A stretch of DNA of 64,000 nt from the NCBI GenBank assembly GCA_021776135.1, contig JAJFGL010000031.1, forward strand, positions 4,703-68,702. Reading direction: 5' to 3'. The translations under genes were made by a program, and so were the position numbers. Shown in pieces: positions 12,456 to 23,426 of the stretch; the first letter of the stretch is position 1, and each line of letters starts with the position of its first letter. The notes beneath the pieces are model-generated. The model had not been told where the DNA came from. It was given only the letters and a program-made list of their open reading frames with translations, and did no database searches. Source of the DNA: Kiloniellaceae bacterium (GTDB lineage Bacteria; Pseudomonadota; Alphaproteobacteria; Kiloniellales; J153).

Positions 12456-14486
12456 ATGTGCGGCATCGCGGGCCTGATCGATTTAGAACGGCGGCTTGAC
12501 GGCGCCGGCTTGCGCGCCACGGCATTGGCCATGTCGGATACCTTGCGCCACCGCGGCCCCGACGGCGGCGGCGCCTGGATCGACGCGGACCACGGCGTCG
12601 CCCTCGGCCACCGGCGGCTGTCGATCATCGACCTCTCGCCCGCCGGCAATCAGCCCATGGCGTCCCAGAGCGGCCGCTATATCCTGAGCTACAACGGCGA
12701 GATTTATAATTTCGCGGAGTTGCGCCGCGAGTTGGAAGCCAAGGGCGCGGCGTTTCGCGGCCATTCGGATACCGAGGTTCTGCTGGCCGCGATCGATGCC
12801 TGGGGCGTGTCCGGGGCGCTGAAGCGCTGCAACGGCATGTTCGCCTTCGCCCTCTGGGACCGCGCCGGGCGGAGCTTGATCCTGGCCCGCGACCGCCTGG
12901 GGGAAAAGCCGCTTTATTTCGGCTGGGCCGGCGGCGCTTTCCTCTTCGCCTCGGAGCTGCGCGCCTTCGCCGCCTGGCCGGGCTTCGCGCCCGAAATCGA
13001 TCGCGGCGCCCTCGCCCTGTCCCTGCGCCACAACTATATTCCCGCCCCTTATTCCATCTACCAAGGTATCTATAAGCTGCCGCCGGCGGCGATCCTGACG
13101 CTAACCCCGGACTTGCAAGCCCGGGATCCGGGTTTGGAAACCCTGGCGCGCAACTTCGAAGCCTACTGGTCGGCGCGCGAGGCCGCCGAACGGGGCAGCG
13201 CCGAGCCCTTCTCCGGCAGCGACGAGGCGGCGGTTGAGGCCCTGGACACCTGTCTGCGGGCCGCCGTGCAAAGCCGCACGGTCGCCGACGTGCCGCTTGG
13301 CGCTTTCCTGTCGGGCGGTATCGATTCCTCCTGCGTCGTGGCCTTGATGCAGGCGCAAGCGGCCCGGCCGGTGAAGACCTTCAGCATCGGCTTCCACGAG
13401 ACCGGATACAACGAGGCCGAACACGCCAAGGCCGTCGCGGCGCACCTGGGCACGGACCATACGGAACTCTACGTGACGCCGCGCGAAGCCCAGGACACGA
13501 TACCGAAGCTACCTGAAATCTATGACGAGCCCTTTTCCGATTCCTCGCAAATCCCAACCTTCCTGGTGTCCCAACTAGCCCGCCGCCATGTCACGGTCAG
13601 CCTGTCGGGCGACGGCGGCGACGAGCTATTCGGCGGCTATAACCGCTACGCCTGGGCCGAGACTATCTGGCGCAAGCTCGGGCGCTTGCCGGCGCCGGGG
13701 CGCCGGGCGCTGGCGAAAATCCTGACCGGCGCCGCGCCGCGAACCTGGCAGCGTTTATTCGACCTCGCGAATCCGGTCCTGCCCGCGCGCTGGCGTCAGC
13801 AACACGGCGGCGAGAAGCTGCACAAGCTGGCGCGGATTTTGGACGCCGAGGGGCAAGAGGCGCTCTACCTGCAGCTTGTGTCCCACTGGAGCGATCCCGC
13901 CGGTGTGGTTCTGGGCTCCAAGGAACCGGCGACGATCCTGAGCGATCCCGGGCGCTGGGCGCGGCTGGATTCCTTCACCGCGCGCATGATGTATCTGGAT
14001 ACGGTCACCTACCTGCCGGACGACATCCTGACCAAGCTCGACCGGGCCAGCATGGCGGTCGGCCTGGAGGCGCGGGTGCCCCTGCTCGACCACCGGGCGG
14101 TCGAATTCGCCTGGCACCTGCCTATGCACATGAAGCTGCGCCATGGACAAGGCAAGTGGGCGTTGCGTCAGGTCTTGGCGCGCTATGTCCCGCGCGAGTT
14201 GTTCGAGCGGCCGAAGATGGGCTTCGGGGTGCCCCTGGACCTTTGGTTGCGCGGCCCCTTGCGCGACTGGGCCGAGGCGCTGCTTGACGAATCGCGGCTG
14301 CGCCGCGAAGGTTTCTTCGATCCCGCGCCGATCCGCCGGCTATGGGCGGACCATCTTTCCGGCCGCGCGAACTGGCAATACGACTTATGGGACGTTCTGG
14401 TATTTCAGGCCTGGCACGAGGCCCAGAAACAAAAGCATGACAAGGCAAGCGGCACCGCATCGTCCCAAGCTGTTGTTCACGGTTAA
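12456..14486 (+). CDS. Asparagine-synthase-type glutamine amidotransferase (WbpS-like candidate uronic-acid amidase)
   Basis: N-terminal nucleophile MCGIAG; PP-loop SGGIDSS. 676 aa. Located inside the polysaccharide cluster next to the 6-dehydrogenase. Confidence 0.8.
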   Translation: MCGIAGLIDLERRLDGAGLRATALAMSDTLRHRGPDGGGAWIDADHGVALGHRRLSIIDLSPAGNQPMASQSGRYILSYNGEIYNFAELRRELEAKGAAFRGHSDTEVLLAAIDAWGVSGALKRCNGMFAFALWDRAGRSLILARDRLGEKPLYFGWAGGAFLFASELRAFAAWPGFAPEIDRGALALSLRHNYIPAPYSIYQGIYKLPPAAILTLTPDLQARDPGLETLARNFEAYWSAREAAERGSAEPFSGSDEAAVEALDTCLRAAVQSRTVADVPLGAFLSGGIDSSCVVALMQAQAARPVKTFSIGFHETGYNEAEHAKAVAAHLGTDHTELYVTPREAQDTIPKLPEIYDEPFSDSSQIPTFLVSQLARRHVTVSLSGDGGDELFGGYNRYAWAETIWRKLGRLPAPGRRALAKILTGAAPRTWQRLFDLANPVLPARWRQQHGGEKLHKLARILDAEGQEALYLQLVSHWSDPAGVVLGSKEPATILSDPGRWARLDSFTARMMYLDTVTYLPDDILTKLDRASMAVGLEARVPLLDHRAVEFAWHLPMHMKLRHGQGKWALRQVLARYVPRELFERPKMGFGVPLDLWLRGPLRDWAEALLDESRLRREGFFDPAPIRRLWADHLSGRANWQYDLWDVLVFQAWHEAQKQKHDKASGTASSQAVVHG

Positions 14487-15615
14487 CGACGCCGGATTTT
14501 TTCTCTCCCATCGCCTGCCGGTCGCTTTGGCGGCGCGGGACGCGGGTTACGAGGTTCACGCCGCGACCGCGCCGGGCGCCGCCGTGGCGCGTATCCGCGA
14601 TCTTGGATTCACCCACCATGCGGTTCCGCTCAGCCGCCGGGGCCTCAACCCCTTGGCCGAGCTAGGGACGCTGTGGTCGTTGTTGCGGCTTTACCGCCGC
14701 CTGCGGCCGGATTTGATTCACAATGTGACCGTCAAGCCGGTGCTGCTTGGCGGGATCGCGGCGCGCCTGGCCGGGGCGCCCGCCGTGGTCAGCGCGGTTT
14801 CCGGCCTGGGCTATGTTTTCATCCGGCAAGGCTGGAAGGGGAGCGTGCTGCGTTTCGCGATCCAAACAGGCTACCGCTGGGCGTTGCGGCGGCGCGGCGT
14901 GCGGGTGATCTTTCAGAACCCGGACGACCGGGAGATCTTCTTGACCCAAGGCCTGGCGACCGCGAAAGACTGCGTCCTGATCAAGGGCTCGGGTGTCGAT
15001 GTGACGCGCTTCACCCCGGCGCCGGAACCGGAAGGCCTTCCCGTCGTGGTCTTGCCGGCGCGTATGTTGCGGGACAAGGGCGTCGGTGAATTCGTCGAGG
15101 CCGCGCGGCGCTTACGCGCTCAAGGCGTGGCGGCCCGCTTCGTCCTGGCCGGCGGCGCCGGCGACGGCAACCCAACGGCCATCCCGGCGACCGAGCTGCG
15201 ATCCTGGCAAGACGAAGACGCGGTCGAGTGGTGGGGCTTTCGCAGCGACATGGCGGCGGTTCTGCGCCAAGCCCACATCGTGTGCCTGCCGTCCTACCGC
15301 GAGGGCTTGCCCAAGTCCCTGATCGAGGCCGCGGCCTGCGCCCGGCCCATCGTCTCCTGCGACGTGCCCGGCTGCCGGGAGATCGCCCGTGACGGCGTAA
15401 ACGCCCTGCTGGTGCCGCCGCGCGATCCAAGCGCCCTCGCGGAGGCCTTGGGGCGGCTCATCGGCGATGGCGAGCTGCGCCGCCGTTTCGGCGCGCGTGG
15501 GCGCGAGATCGTCGAGGCGGAGTTCTCGCTGGACCGTGTGGTCGGCGAGACCTTGGAGCTTTACACCGCGCTGATGCGCGAAACCGGCGCCGGGGCCCCA
15601 TGTGCCCCCACATGA
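14437..15615 (+). CDS. Glycosyltransferase family 4 (GT-B)
   Basis: Start set at ATG 14437 (MTRQAAPHRPKLLFTVNDAGFFLSHR). C-terminal EGLPKSLIEAAACARPIVSCDVPG motif (E-x7-E type). Overlaps the preceding gene's 3' end by 50 nt. Confidence 0.75.
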   Translation: MTRQAAPHRPKLLFTVNDAGFFLSHRLPVALAARDAGYEVHAATAPGAAVARIRDLGFTHHAVPLSRRGLNPLAELGTLWSLLRLYRRLRPDLIHNVTVKPVLLGGIAARLAGAPAVVSAVSGLGYVFIRQGWKGSVLRFAIQTGYRWALRRRGVRVIFQNPDDREIFLTQGLATAKDCVLIKGSGVDVTRFTPAPEPEGLPVVVLPARMLRDKGVGEFVEAARRLRAQGVAARFVLAGGAGDGNPTAIPATELRSWQDEDAVEWWGFRSDMAAVLRQAHIVCLPSYREGLPKSLIEAAACARPIVSCDVPGCREIARDGVNALLVPPRDPSALAEALGRLIGDGELRRRFGARGREIVEAEFSLDRVVGETLELYTALMRETGAGAPCAPT

Positions 15616-15622
15616 GAACCCC

Positions 15623-16573
15623 ATGTCCGCCCGCTTGATCCTGGTGACCGGGGCGCGCGGTTTCGTGGGAAGGCGCCTGTGCCGTCGTCTCCTCGACGCC
15701 GGATACCGCGTGCGCGGAAGCGTGCGAAGCGGCCCGGCGGAGACCGAAGCGGGCATCGACTACCGGGTCAGCGGCGATATCGGTGTCATGCCGGACTGGC
15801 GGCCGCTTCTGGACGGCGTCGAGGCGGTGGTTCACTTGGCGGCGCGGGTCCATCTTCAGGGCGCCGGGACCGGCAATTCCGGGGCCGCCTATGGCCGGGT
15901 CAACGCCGCGGCCAGCGATCACCTGGCCCGCCAGGCCGCCGGGGCCGGCGTTAAACGGCTGGTGTTCTTGAGCTCCATCAAGGCCGGCGCGGCCGCGCGC
16001 CAGGACTCCAGCGGCGAGGCCGGGGGCCACGATCCCTACGGCGCCAGCAAGCTGGAGGCCGAGCGTGCCCTGAGCATCGTCGCCCGCGACACCGGGTTGG
16101 AGGTCGCCGTCCTGCGCCCGCCCCTGGTCTATGGACCCGGCGCCGGGGCCAACTTCGCCCTGCTGGCCCGCGCCGTGGCCAGGGGTATCCCCCTGCCTCT
16201 GGCCAGCATCCGCAACCGGCGCAGCTTCATTTACATAGACAATCTGTGCACCGCCATCGCGCTCTGCCTGGAACACCCTCAAGCCCCCGGCGGGGTGTTC
16301 GAGTTGAGCGACGGCCCGCCCGTGTCCACGCCCGATTTCGTGCGCGCCCTGGGCCAGGCCATGGGCAAACCGGCGCGGCTATTCCCTTGCCCGCCGGGTC
16401 TCTTGCTTGCCCTGGGCGCCATGCTCGGCCGGCGCCAAGCCATGGAGAGTTTGACCGGCGACCTGGTGGCCGATGGCCGGGCTATAGGCGCGCGCTTGGG
16501 ATGGGAGGCCCCGTTGAACTTGGAAGAAGCCATGAGGGCGACCTTCGCCGCGCCAGGGCAGGGGGCGGGATGA
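15623..16573 (+). CDS. NAD-dependent nucleotide-sugar epimerase/dehydratase (SDR-extended)
   Basis: LILVTGARGFVG Rossmann motif; catalytic YGASK. Start chosen at the Met preceding the Rossmann motif. Confidence 0.75.
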   Translation: MSARLILVTGARGFVGRRLCRRLLDAGYRVRGSVRSGPAETEAGIDYRVSGDIGVMPDWRPLLDGVEAVVHLAARVHLQGAGTGNSGAAYGRVNAAASDHLARQAAGAGVKRLVFLSSIKAGAAARQDSSGEAGGHDPYGASKLEAERALSIVARDTGLEVAVLRPPLVYGPGAGANFALLARAVARGIPLPLASIRNRRSFIYIDNLCTAIALCLEHPQAPGGVFELSDGPPVSTPDFVRALGQAMGKPARLFPCPPGLLLALGAMLGRRQAMESLTGDLVADGRAIGARLGWEAPLNLEEAMRATFAAPGQGAG

Positions 16574-17883
16574 TGGGCGGCATGATCGCGGCCGGCGTTT
16601 TCGGCCTTTATCGCGGCGCGGCTTGGCTATCGGCGCCCCTGGTCCGGCGGCTGCTGCGCCAACGCCTGGCGCGCGGGCGCGAGGATCCGGCGCGTTTCGG
16701 CGAACGCCTGGGCCATGCCGGAATCGCGCGTCCCGAGGGGCCGCTAGTCTGGATTCACGGCGCCAGCGTCGGCGAATCCCTCTCCGCCCTGCCCCTGATC
16801 GGCGCGATTCAGGCGCGCTGGCCCGGCCTCGCTATTCTCGTGACCACGGGCACCGTTACTTCGGCCAAGCTCATGGCCGAACGCTTGCCGCCCGGCGCCG
16901 TGCATCAATACGTGCCGGTCGACCTGCCGGCGGCGGTCAGCCGCTTCATGGCCCATTGGCGTCCCGATTTTGGCATTGTGATCGAATCCGAATTCTGGCC
17001 GAACCTCCTGCACGCGGCGCGGGCGCGAGGGATCGAGCTTGCCCTGGTCAATGGCCGCATGTCCGCCAGAAGCTTCGCCCGCTGGCGCCGGTTCCGCCCC
17101 GCCATCGGGCATATTCTGGGGCTGTTTTCGATTATTCTGGCGCAATCGCGCGAAGACCTGCGGCACCTGCGGGCGCTCGGCGCCGGTCATGCCCAGCGTC
17201 TGGGCAATCTGAAATTCGCCGCCCCGCCGCTGACCGCCGATCCGGCGGAACTGGCCAAGCTGCAAGCCGCGCTTGGCGGCCGGCCACGCTGGCTGGCGGC
17301 CTCGACCCATCCGGGCGAGGAAGTCTTGGTTGCGGCGGCCCACGTTGCCCTGGCCAAGACCCATCCGGGCCTCTTGACCCTGCTGGTGCCGCGCCATCCT
17401 GGCCGGGGCGCGGTCATCGCCGAAGAGCTCGCCGCGCGCGGCCTTAACGTGGCTCGGCGTGCCCTGGGCCAGGCGCCCACGGGCGATACGGATATATATC
17501 TTGCCGATACCCTGGGCGAGCTCGGTCTCGCTTACCGGCTCGCCGAGGTGGTTTTCGTCGGCGGATCCCTGGTGCCCAAGGGCGGACAGAACCTCCTGGA
17601 ACCGGCCAAGCTGGAGAGCGCCATTCTATGCGGCCCCCATACCGCGAACTTTTTGCGCGTCAGCCAGGACATGGCCGCCGCCGGCGCCCTGCGCCGGGTC
17701 GAGGATGCCGCCGGACTGGCCGAAGCTGCCGCCATGCTGCTGGACGACGGGGCGGCGCGCCGCGCCATGATCGCCGCCGCCGCCAGCTTCGCCCAAAGCG
17801 AATCCGGGGTCTTGGACGCCATCGCCGAGGCCCTGGCCCCGGCCTTGGACCGGGCGGCCAAGGGCACGATCACCGGCATTTGA
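16570..17883 (+). CDS. waaA: 3-deoxy-D-manno-octulosonic acid (Kdo) transferase
   Basis: Start set at ATG 16570 (ATGA overlap with the epimerase stop). N-terminal anchor, then LVWIHGASVGESLSALPLI, which is typical of KdtA/WaaA. C-terminal GGSLVPKGGQNLLEPA. Confidence 0.8.
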   Translation: MMGGMIAAGVFGLYRGAAWLSAPLVRRLLRQRLARGREDPARFGERLGHAGIARPEGPLVWIHGASVGESLSALPLIGAIQARWPGLAILVTTGTVTSAKLMAERLPPGAVHQYVPVDLPAAVSRFMAHWRPDFGIVIESEFWPNLLHAARARGIELALVNGRMSARSFARWRRFRPAIGHILGLFSIILAQSREDLRHLRALGAGHAQRLGNLKFAAPPLTADPAELAKLQAALGGRPRWLAASTHPGEEVLVAAAHVALAKTHPGLLTLLVPRHPGRGAVIAEELAARGLNVARRALGQAPTGDTDIYLADTLGELGLAYRLAEVVFVGGSLVPKGGQNLLEPAKLESAILCGPHTANFLRVSQDMAAAGALRRVEDAAGLAEAAAMLLDDGAARRAMIAAAASFAQSESGVLDAIAEALAPALDRAAKGTITGI

Positions 17884-17919
17884 TTGGCCGAAACCGGGCT
17901 TTGTCGGGATACTGCCGGG

Positions 17920-18903
<984 letters not shown>

Positions 18904-19911
18904 CTAGGCGGCGCGCCGCGCCGCACTGGCGCGCGTTATTATCGCCAAGGCTTCCTCGATTTCCTCCAGGCCCGCGCCGGGCAGGTGGGCCGTCTCGCTT
19001 AAGTGGCGGCGCCAGGCGCGCGCGCCGGGCAGGCCGTTGAAAAGGCCCAGCATGTGCCGGGTCATGTTTTTTAGTGGCACGCCGGCGGCGATTTGGGCCG
19101 CCACGTAGGGCAGCATGGCGCGCACGATATCCTCGCGGCTGAGCAGGGAACCGGAAGCGCCGAAGAAGCGCCGGTCAACCTCGGCCAGGATATAGGGGTT
19201 TTGGTAGGCGGCGCGCCCCAGCATGACCCCATCGACCCGCGCCAAGTGGTCCGCCGCCGCTTCCAGGCTTTGAATGCCGCCGTTGATGACCATGGTCAGA
19301 TCGGGAAAATCATCCTTGAGGCGGTACACCATGTCATATCGCAGAGGCGGCACCTCGCGGTTCTGCTTCGGGCTGAGGCCGCTTAACCAGGCCTTGCGCG
19401 CGTGCACGATCAGGGTTTTCAAGCCGGCGTTCCGCAGGCGCGCGGTGAAATCGTGCAACTCGCCATAGGAATCCCGCTCGTCGATCCCGATCCGGGTCTT
19501 GACCGTGACCGGAATACCGGCGGCCTTGGTCATGGCCTCGACGCAGGCGGCGACCAGGGCCGGCGCGGCCATGAGGCAGGCCCCGAAGCGGCCCTTTTTC
19601 ACCCGGTCGCTGGGGCACCCCACGTTGAGGTTGATCTCGTCGTAGCCGGCGGCCTCGGCAATGCCCGCGCACTCGGCCAAGTCCCCCGGGTCCGCCCCGC
19701 CGACCTGAAGCGCCAGGGGATGCTCGCAAGAATCGAAATCCAGAAACCGCGCCCGCGGCCCATGCAGGATGGCGCCCACGGGCACCATCTCGGTGTACAG
19801 CCGCGCGTGGCGGCTGATAGTGCGCAAAAACACCCGGTCGTGCCGGTCCGTCCAATCCATCATCGGTGCGACGGAAAAACGGTGTCCGGGTTTTTGCGAT
19901 TCCGCAGTCAT
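18904..19911 (-). CDS. dusA: tRNA-dihydrouridine synthase A
   Basis: FSVAPMMDWTDRH...YTEMV N-terminus, NLNVGCP, and a TIM-barrel FMN protein length of 335 aa. Confidence 0.85.
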   Translation of the reverse strand: MTAESQKPGHRFSVAPMMDWTDRHDRVFLRTISRHARLYTEMVPVGAILHGPRARFLDFDSCEHPLALQVGGADPGDLAECAGIAEAAGYDEINLNVGCPSDRVKKGRFGACLMAAPALVAACVEAMTKAAGIPVTVKTRIGIDERDSYGELHDFTARLRNAGLKTLIVHARKAWLSGLSPKQNREVPPLRYDMVYRLKDDFPDLTMVINGGIQSLEAAADHLARVDGVMLGRAAYQNPYILAEVDRRFFGASGSLLSREDIVRAMLPYVAAQIAAGVPLKNMTRHMLGLFNGLPGARAWRRHLSETAHLPGAGLEEIEEALAIITRASAARRAA

Positions 19912-20138
19912 TCAAGCTCTGTATTTTCTTGCCCCGGATCATGTCGCCATGGCGCACGAAACAGAGAATTTCATCCGGCGAGGATATCAGCCATGACAGA
20001 CACTTGCCAACATCTTGCCGCCGCCGCGATCCAACCAAACCCACTGACAGACGCCGGTGGGTTTGGCTTTATTCGGGATTTCTACCAATTCCTTCGATAT
20101 CGATTTCAAAGTTGCGGCCAAATGGTTCCATCGCGGCC

Positions 20139-21308
20139 TCACGCGCTGCGATAGAGCTTGGTCATGACGTACTCGCGGTGCTTCAGGGCCTCTGCCGCAG
20201 TCAGGCGGCCGTTGCAGGTCCGCATGGTTATGTCAATCAGGGCATCGCCGGCCTGGTCCAGGTTCATCTCGCCGCGCAGGATGTCGGAAACGTCCAGGTC
20301 GACATGTTCGCCCATCTCACGGACCGTTTTGGGGTTGGCGGTCAGCTTGATCACCGGCTCGATTGGATTGCCGATGATGTTGCCTTGGCCGGTCGGGAAG
20401 AGGTGTACGACGAAGCCGGCCGCCGCCTGCAGGGTGACGCACTCCGCCGCCGCCGACGAGGTGTCCATGAAGTAAAGACCAGGGCCTTTGCCCGGCGCCT
20501 CGGCGGGCTCCAGCACGTCGATGAACCTCGTCTTCTTGCCGATCTTCGCAAGGTTGCCGAAGGCCTTTTCCTCAATCGTGGTCAGGCCGCCGGCGATGTT
20601 GCCCTTGGTGGGTTGGGAATCGGAGAGGTCTGAGGTTTTGTGGGGCTCAATCACCTCGTCCATATAGGCCTGCCAGGTGCGCATGAATTTTTCGCCCACC
20701 TCCGGTGTGGCGGCACGGGTCGCACAGACCGCTTCCGCGCCGGTCAGCTCGGAGGTCTCGCCAAAGCAGGTGGTGGCGCCCAGGTCGTCAAACTTGTCGA
20801 TGAAGTTGCCGACCGTGGGGCAGGACCCGAGGCCCGAAGTGGTGTCCGACTCGCCGCATTTGGTTGAGATCCAGAGCTCATTCAGATCGCAGGGCTCGCG
20901 CTGCAATTCGCTCGCCCACTGCGCGAATTCCTTGGCTGTGCGCGAGGCGCTGGCAACGCAGTTGATCTCGCCATTGCCTTCGATGGCAAAACCCTCCACC
21001 GGCTTACCGGTTTTGGCGATGCCGTAGACCACGCGGCCGGTCCAGCCAGGCTCGATGCCGATGACGATCACCGCCGCCACATTGGGATTGCTGCCGGTGC
21101 CGATCAGCGTCCGGAAATGCAAGTCGAGATCCGCACCAAACTGCAGCCGCCCATAGTGGTGCGGCAAGGCCAGGCAGCCGTCAATATTGTTGGCGACCTT
21201 CTCGCAAGCCGCGTTGGAAAGGTCGTCCAGAGGCAGGATGATAACGTGATTTCGAACGCCGACGCGGCCGTTCTCCCGCCGATAGCCGTTGTAGGTTTTA
21301 GAAGCCAT
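20139..21308 (-). CDS. suyB: UxaA-family dehydratase/lyase large subunit; candidate (2R)-sulfolactate sulfo-lyase subunit beta
   Basis: UxaA/GarD C-terminal domain homology ([10 protein letters not shown]..., [10 protein letters not shown]). Start placed at ATG 21308, 8 nt after a GAGG RBS. Split small/large subunit layout and hps-like neighbours suggest SuyAB. Confidence 0.6.
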   Translation of the reverse strand: MASKTYNGYRRENGRVGVRNHVIILPLDDLSNAACEKVANNIDGCLALPHHYGRLQFGADLDLHFRTLIGTGSNPNVAAVIVIGIEPGWTGRVVYGIAKTGKPVEGFAIEGNGEINCVASASRTAKEFAQWASELQREPCDLNELWISTKCGESDTTSGLGSCPTVGNFIDKFDDLGATTCFGETSELTGAEAVCATRAATPEVGEKFMRTWQAYMDEVIEPHKTSDLSDSQPTKGNIAGGLTTIEEKAFGNLAKIGKKTRFIDVLEPAEAPGKGPGLYFMDTSSAAAECVTLQAAAGFVVHLFPTGQGNIIGNPIEPVIKLTANPKTVREMGEHVDLDVSDILRGEMNLDQAGDALIDITMRTCNGRLTAAEALKHREYVMTKLYRSA

Positions 21309-21310
21309 TT

Positions 21311-21598
21311 TTACCACCTCTTGGTCTTGATATTTTGCGTGTGGGCGTGACCGCCCTTGGCGATGGCCGCGACCGCCTTACCGATATCGTGGCCGTACTT
21401 GATGATCGTATCGCCTTCGGCGATGACACCCAGCGCGACCTTGTGGCCCAGTGGAATATCGTCGCCGGCCTCCAGAGCAATCCGCGAATCGTCGGCCATG
21501 ACCCAGCCGGACAGGGCCGCCCCGGCGGTGATGCCCTCCTTAACGATCACACCGACCGTGTCGGTGTCGTCATGTACAATAAAGTCGGGCGCACTCAT
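21311..21598 (-). CDS. suyA: SAF-domain small subunit of split UxaA-type enzyme; candidate sulfolactate sulfo-lyase subunit alpha
   Basis: 95 aa from the internal Met ([19 protein letters not shown]...IPLGHKVAL...GHAHTQN). SAF/UxaA N-terminal domain pattern. Immediately precedes the large subunit. Confidence 0.6.
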   Translation of the reverse strand: MSAPDFIVHDDTDTVGVIVKEGITAGAALSGWVMADDSRIALEAGDDIPLGHKVALGVIAEGDTIIKYGHDIGKAVAAIAKGGHAHTQNIKTKRW

Positions 21599-21636
21599 GC
21601 CTCTATCCTCCAAAACATCTTGCTTCCTTTCTTGCG

Positions 21637-22665
21637 TCAGGGTGTGAGAATGACCTTTGCAGCCGCTGTTCGGCCCGCGTTTAGATCGTCGAAGGCTTGC
21701 GCGCCTTCGGCCAATGGCCGTTTTTCGATCCATTCGAGCGACCCCAATCGACCGTCATGGAGGGCCGTGAGTGAGGCGCGCAGGTCGGCGTCAGTGTAGG
21801 TATAGATCCCAATCAGAGTGATCTCGGAAAGGGTGAGGGTTCGGGCGTCGAATTCACCGGCCCAATTCTGCAGACCGACATGGGCGATGACGCCGCCGGG
21901 CCGCACCGAACTGATGGCGCTCGCCCGGGTAGCGGTGGAACCGACCGCGTCGAGCACCAAGTCAAACCCACCGGCGGAATCGCTGGCTTTGGCCTCTCGA
22001 TCGGCTAGCGGGTCAAAGGTTTCAAGGCCCGCGGCATCGGCGGTCCTCCGGCGCAAGCGGTTGGTTTCCGCCAGCAACACATGGCGGGCACCCCAGGCTT
22101 GCAGGATCAACCCACCGAGCAGACCGACCGAGCCACCACCGATCACCAGCGCGCGGCATTCCGGCACCGGGCGCCAGCAGGCCCGCGCCGCCAGCACCAA
22201 GGCATGCCAAGCGGTCGCACAGGGCTCGGTCAGGGCGGCCTCGGCGGGCGCCAAGCCCTCGGGAACCGGGATGAGATTGCGTTCCGGAACCGCGATCCGC
22301 TCGGCAAAGGCACCCGGCCGGCCCATACCGATCAGTTCGCGCGAGGGGCAAAGATTAGATCGCCCCCCTTGGCAGTAACCGCAGACACCGCAGGTGATGA
22401 GCGGATTGAGCACGACCCGCTCGCCGCGCTTGAACTGCAGGGCACTCGAGCCCTCCAACACCGTGCCACAAGCCTCGTGCCCCAGGATCATCGGCGGCAC
22501 TCGGCGTGGGTCATGCCCGTGCCAGGCATGCATGTCGGATCCACAAATGCCCACGGCCTCGATCCCGACCAGCGCTTCGCCGGAGCCGGGCTCAGGCGCC
22601 GGCTCATCGCGGAATTGGGTCTGTTGGGTGCCGGTATAAACCAGCGCTTTCATGGTGCTTGTCAT
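21637..22665 (-). CDS. Zinc-dependent medium-chain alcohol dehydrogenase (HpsP-like position)
   Basis: GICGSDMH zinc motif, second structural Zn cysteine cluster CGVCGYCQGG, Rossmann VIGGGSVG. Confidence 0.75.
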   Translation of the reverse strand: MTSTMKALVYTGTQQTQFRDEPAPEPGSGEALVGIEAVGICGSDMHAWHGHDPRRVPPMILGHEACGTVLEGSSALQFKRGERVVLNPLITCGVCGYCQGGRSNLCPSRELIGMGRPGAFAERIAVPERNLIPVPEGLAPAEAALTEPCATAWHALVLAARACWRPVPECRALVIGGGSVGLLGGLILQAWGARHVLLAETNRLRRRTADAAGLETFDPLADREAKASDSAGGFDLVLDAVGSTATRASAISSVRPGGVIAHVGLQNWAGEFDARTLTLSEITLIGIYTYTDADLRASLTALHDGRLGSLEWIEKRPLAEGAQAFDDLNAGRTAAAKVILTP

Positions 22666-23426
22666 TTGGCGGTATAGCCCCCGTCAACGAAGAGGACTTG
22701 CCCGGTCACGTAGTCCGAGGCTGACGAGGCGAGAAAAATCGCTGGCCCGTCTAAATCCGTCAAGACGCCGTTGCGCCCGATGCAGGTCCGCGCGGCGTTT
22801 GCTTGCGCGGCCTCGTGATCGGCGAAAACCGGTGCCGTCAGTTCGGTTGGAAAGAAGCCGGGGGCAATTGCGTTACAGGTGATCCCCTGATCCGACCAAG
22901 CCTCCGCCATCGCACGGGTGAGCTGAGCGACACCACCCTTGGAGGCGCCGTAGGCGATGCTCTTTGGAAAAGCTCTGGCCGACTGTAGCGAAGCGATGTT
23001 GATGATCCGTCCCCTGCCCTTCTCGCCCATGGCTGGCACCATTGCTTGGGCCAGAAAGAATGGCGTGGTGAGATTGACCCCGATGGTGGTCCGCCAGCTT
23101 TCCGGCGTGACCTCACCCGCCGGCTCACGCAGATTGACGCCGGCTGCATTGACCAGGATATCAGGCGCACCGAAGGCCGCACCTATCCGCTTCACCAGGC
23201 TTGGCAGCGCCACCGAATCCGCCAGATCGGCTGCGCAGGCGACGGCGCGGCCTCCCGCCGCCTCGACCTCATTTCGCCAATCGGCCAGTTGGGCCTCGCG
23301 CCGCGCAACGCCCACCACGGCCGCGCCGGCGCCGGCAAAAACGCTGGCTATGCGACGGCCGATGCCCGCGCTGGCCCCGGTCACGCAGGCGATGCGGCCG
23401 GCCAAACTAAACAATGTGGGAGTCAT
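22662..23426 (-). CDS. Short-chain dehydrogenase/reductase (HpsO-like position)
   Basis: TGASAGIG cofactor motif, catalytic YGASK, 254 aa. 4-nt overlaps on both sides. Confidence 0.75.
   Translation of the reverse strand: MTPTLFSLAGRIACVTGASAGIGRRIASVFAGAGAAVVGVARREAQLADWRNEVEAAGGRAVACAADLADSVALPSLVKRIGAAFGAPDILVNAAGVNLREPAGEVTPESWRTTIGVNLTTPFFLAQAMVPAMGEKGRGRIINIASLQSARAFPKSIAYGASKGGVAQLTRAMAEAWSDQGITCNAIAPGFFPTELTAPVFADHEAAQANAARTCIGRNGVLTDLDGPAIFLASSASDYVTGQVLFVDGGYTAK

Noticed and set aside
14143-14436. N-terminal extensions of track ORFs (GT4 from 14143, waaA from 16246, potI from 8751, radical SAM from 44257, module-2 EB_dh cytochrome from 54303, HemY-like from 42959)
   Set aside because: The extensions overlap the preceding genes in another frame and are Arg-rich. 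Internal ATGs give the conserved N-termini and typical ATGA or short-gap operon junctions.
18904-19911. dusA 5' end as a possible genomic-island integration hotspot
   Set aside because: dusA appears full-length, with an intact N-terminus. No integrase or repeat is seen next to its 5' end; the adjacent genes are ordinary catabolic genes.
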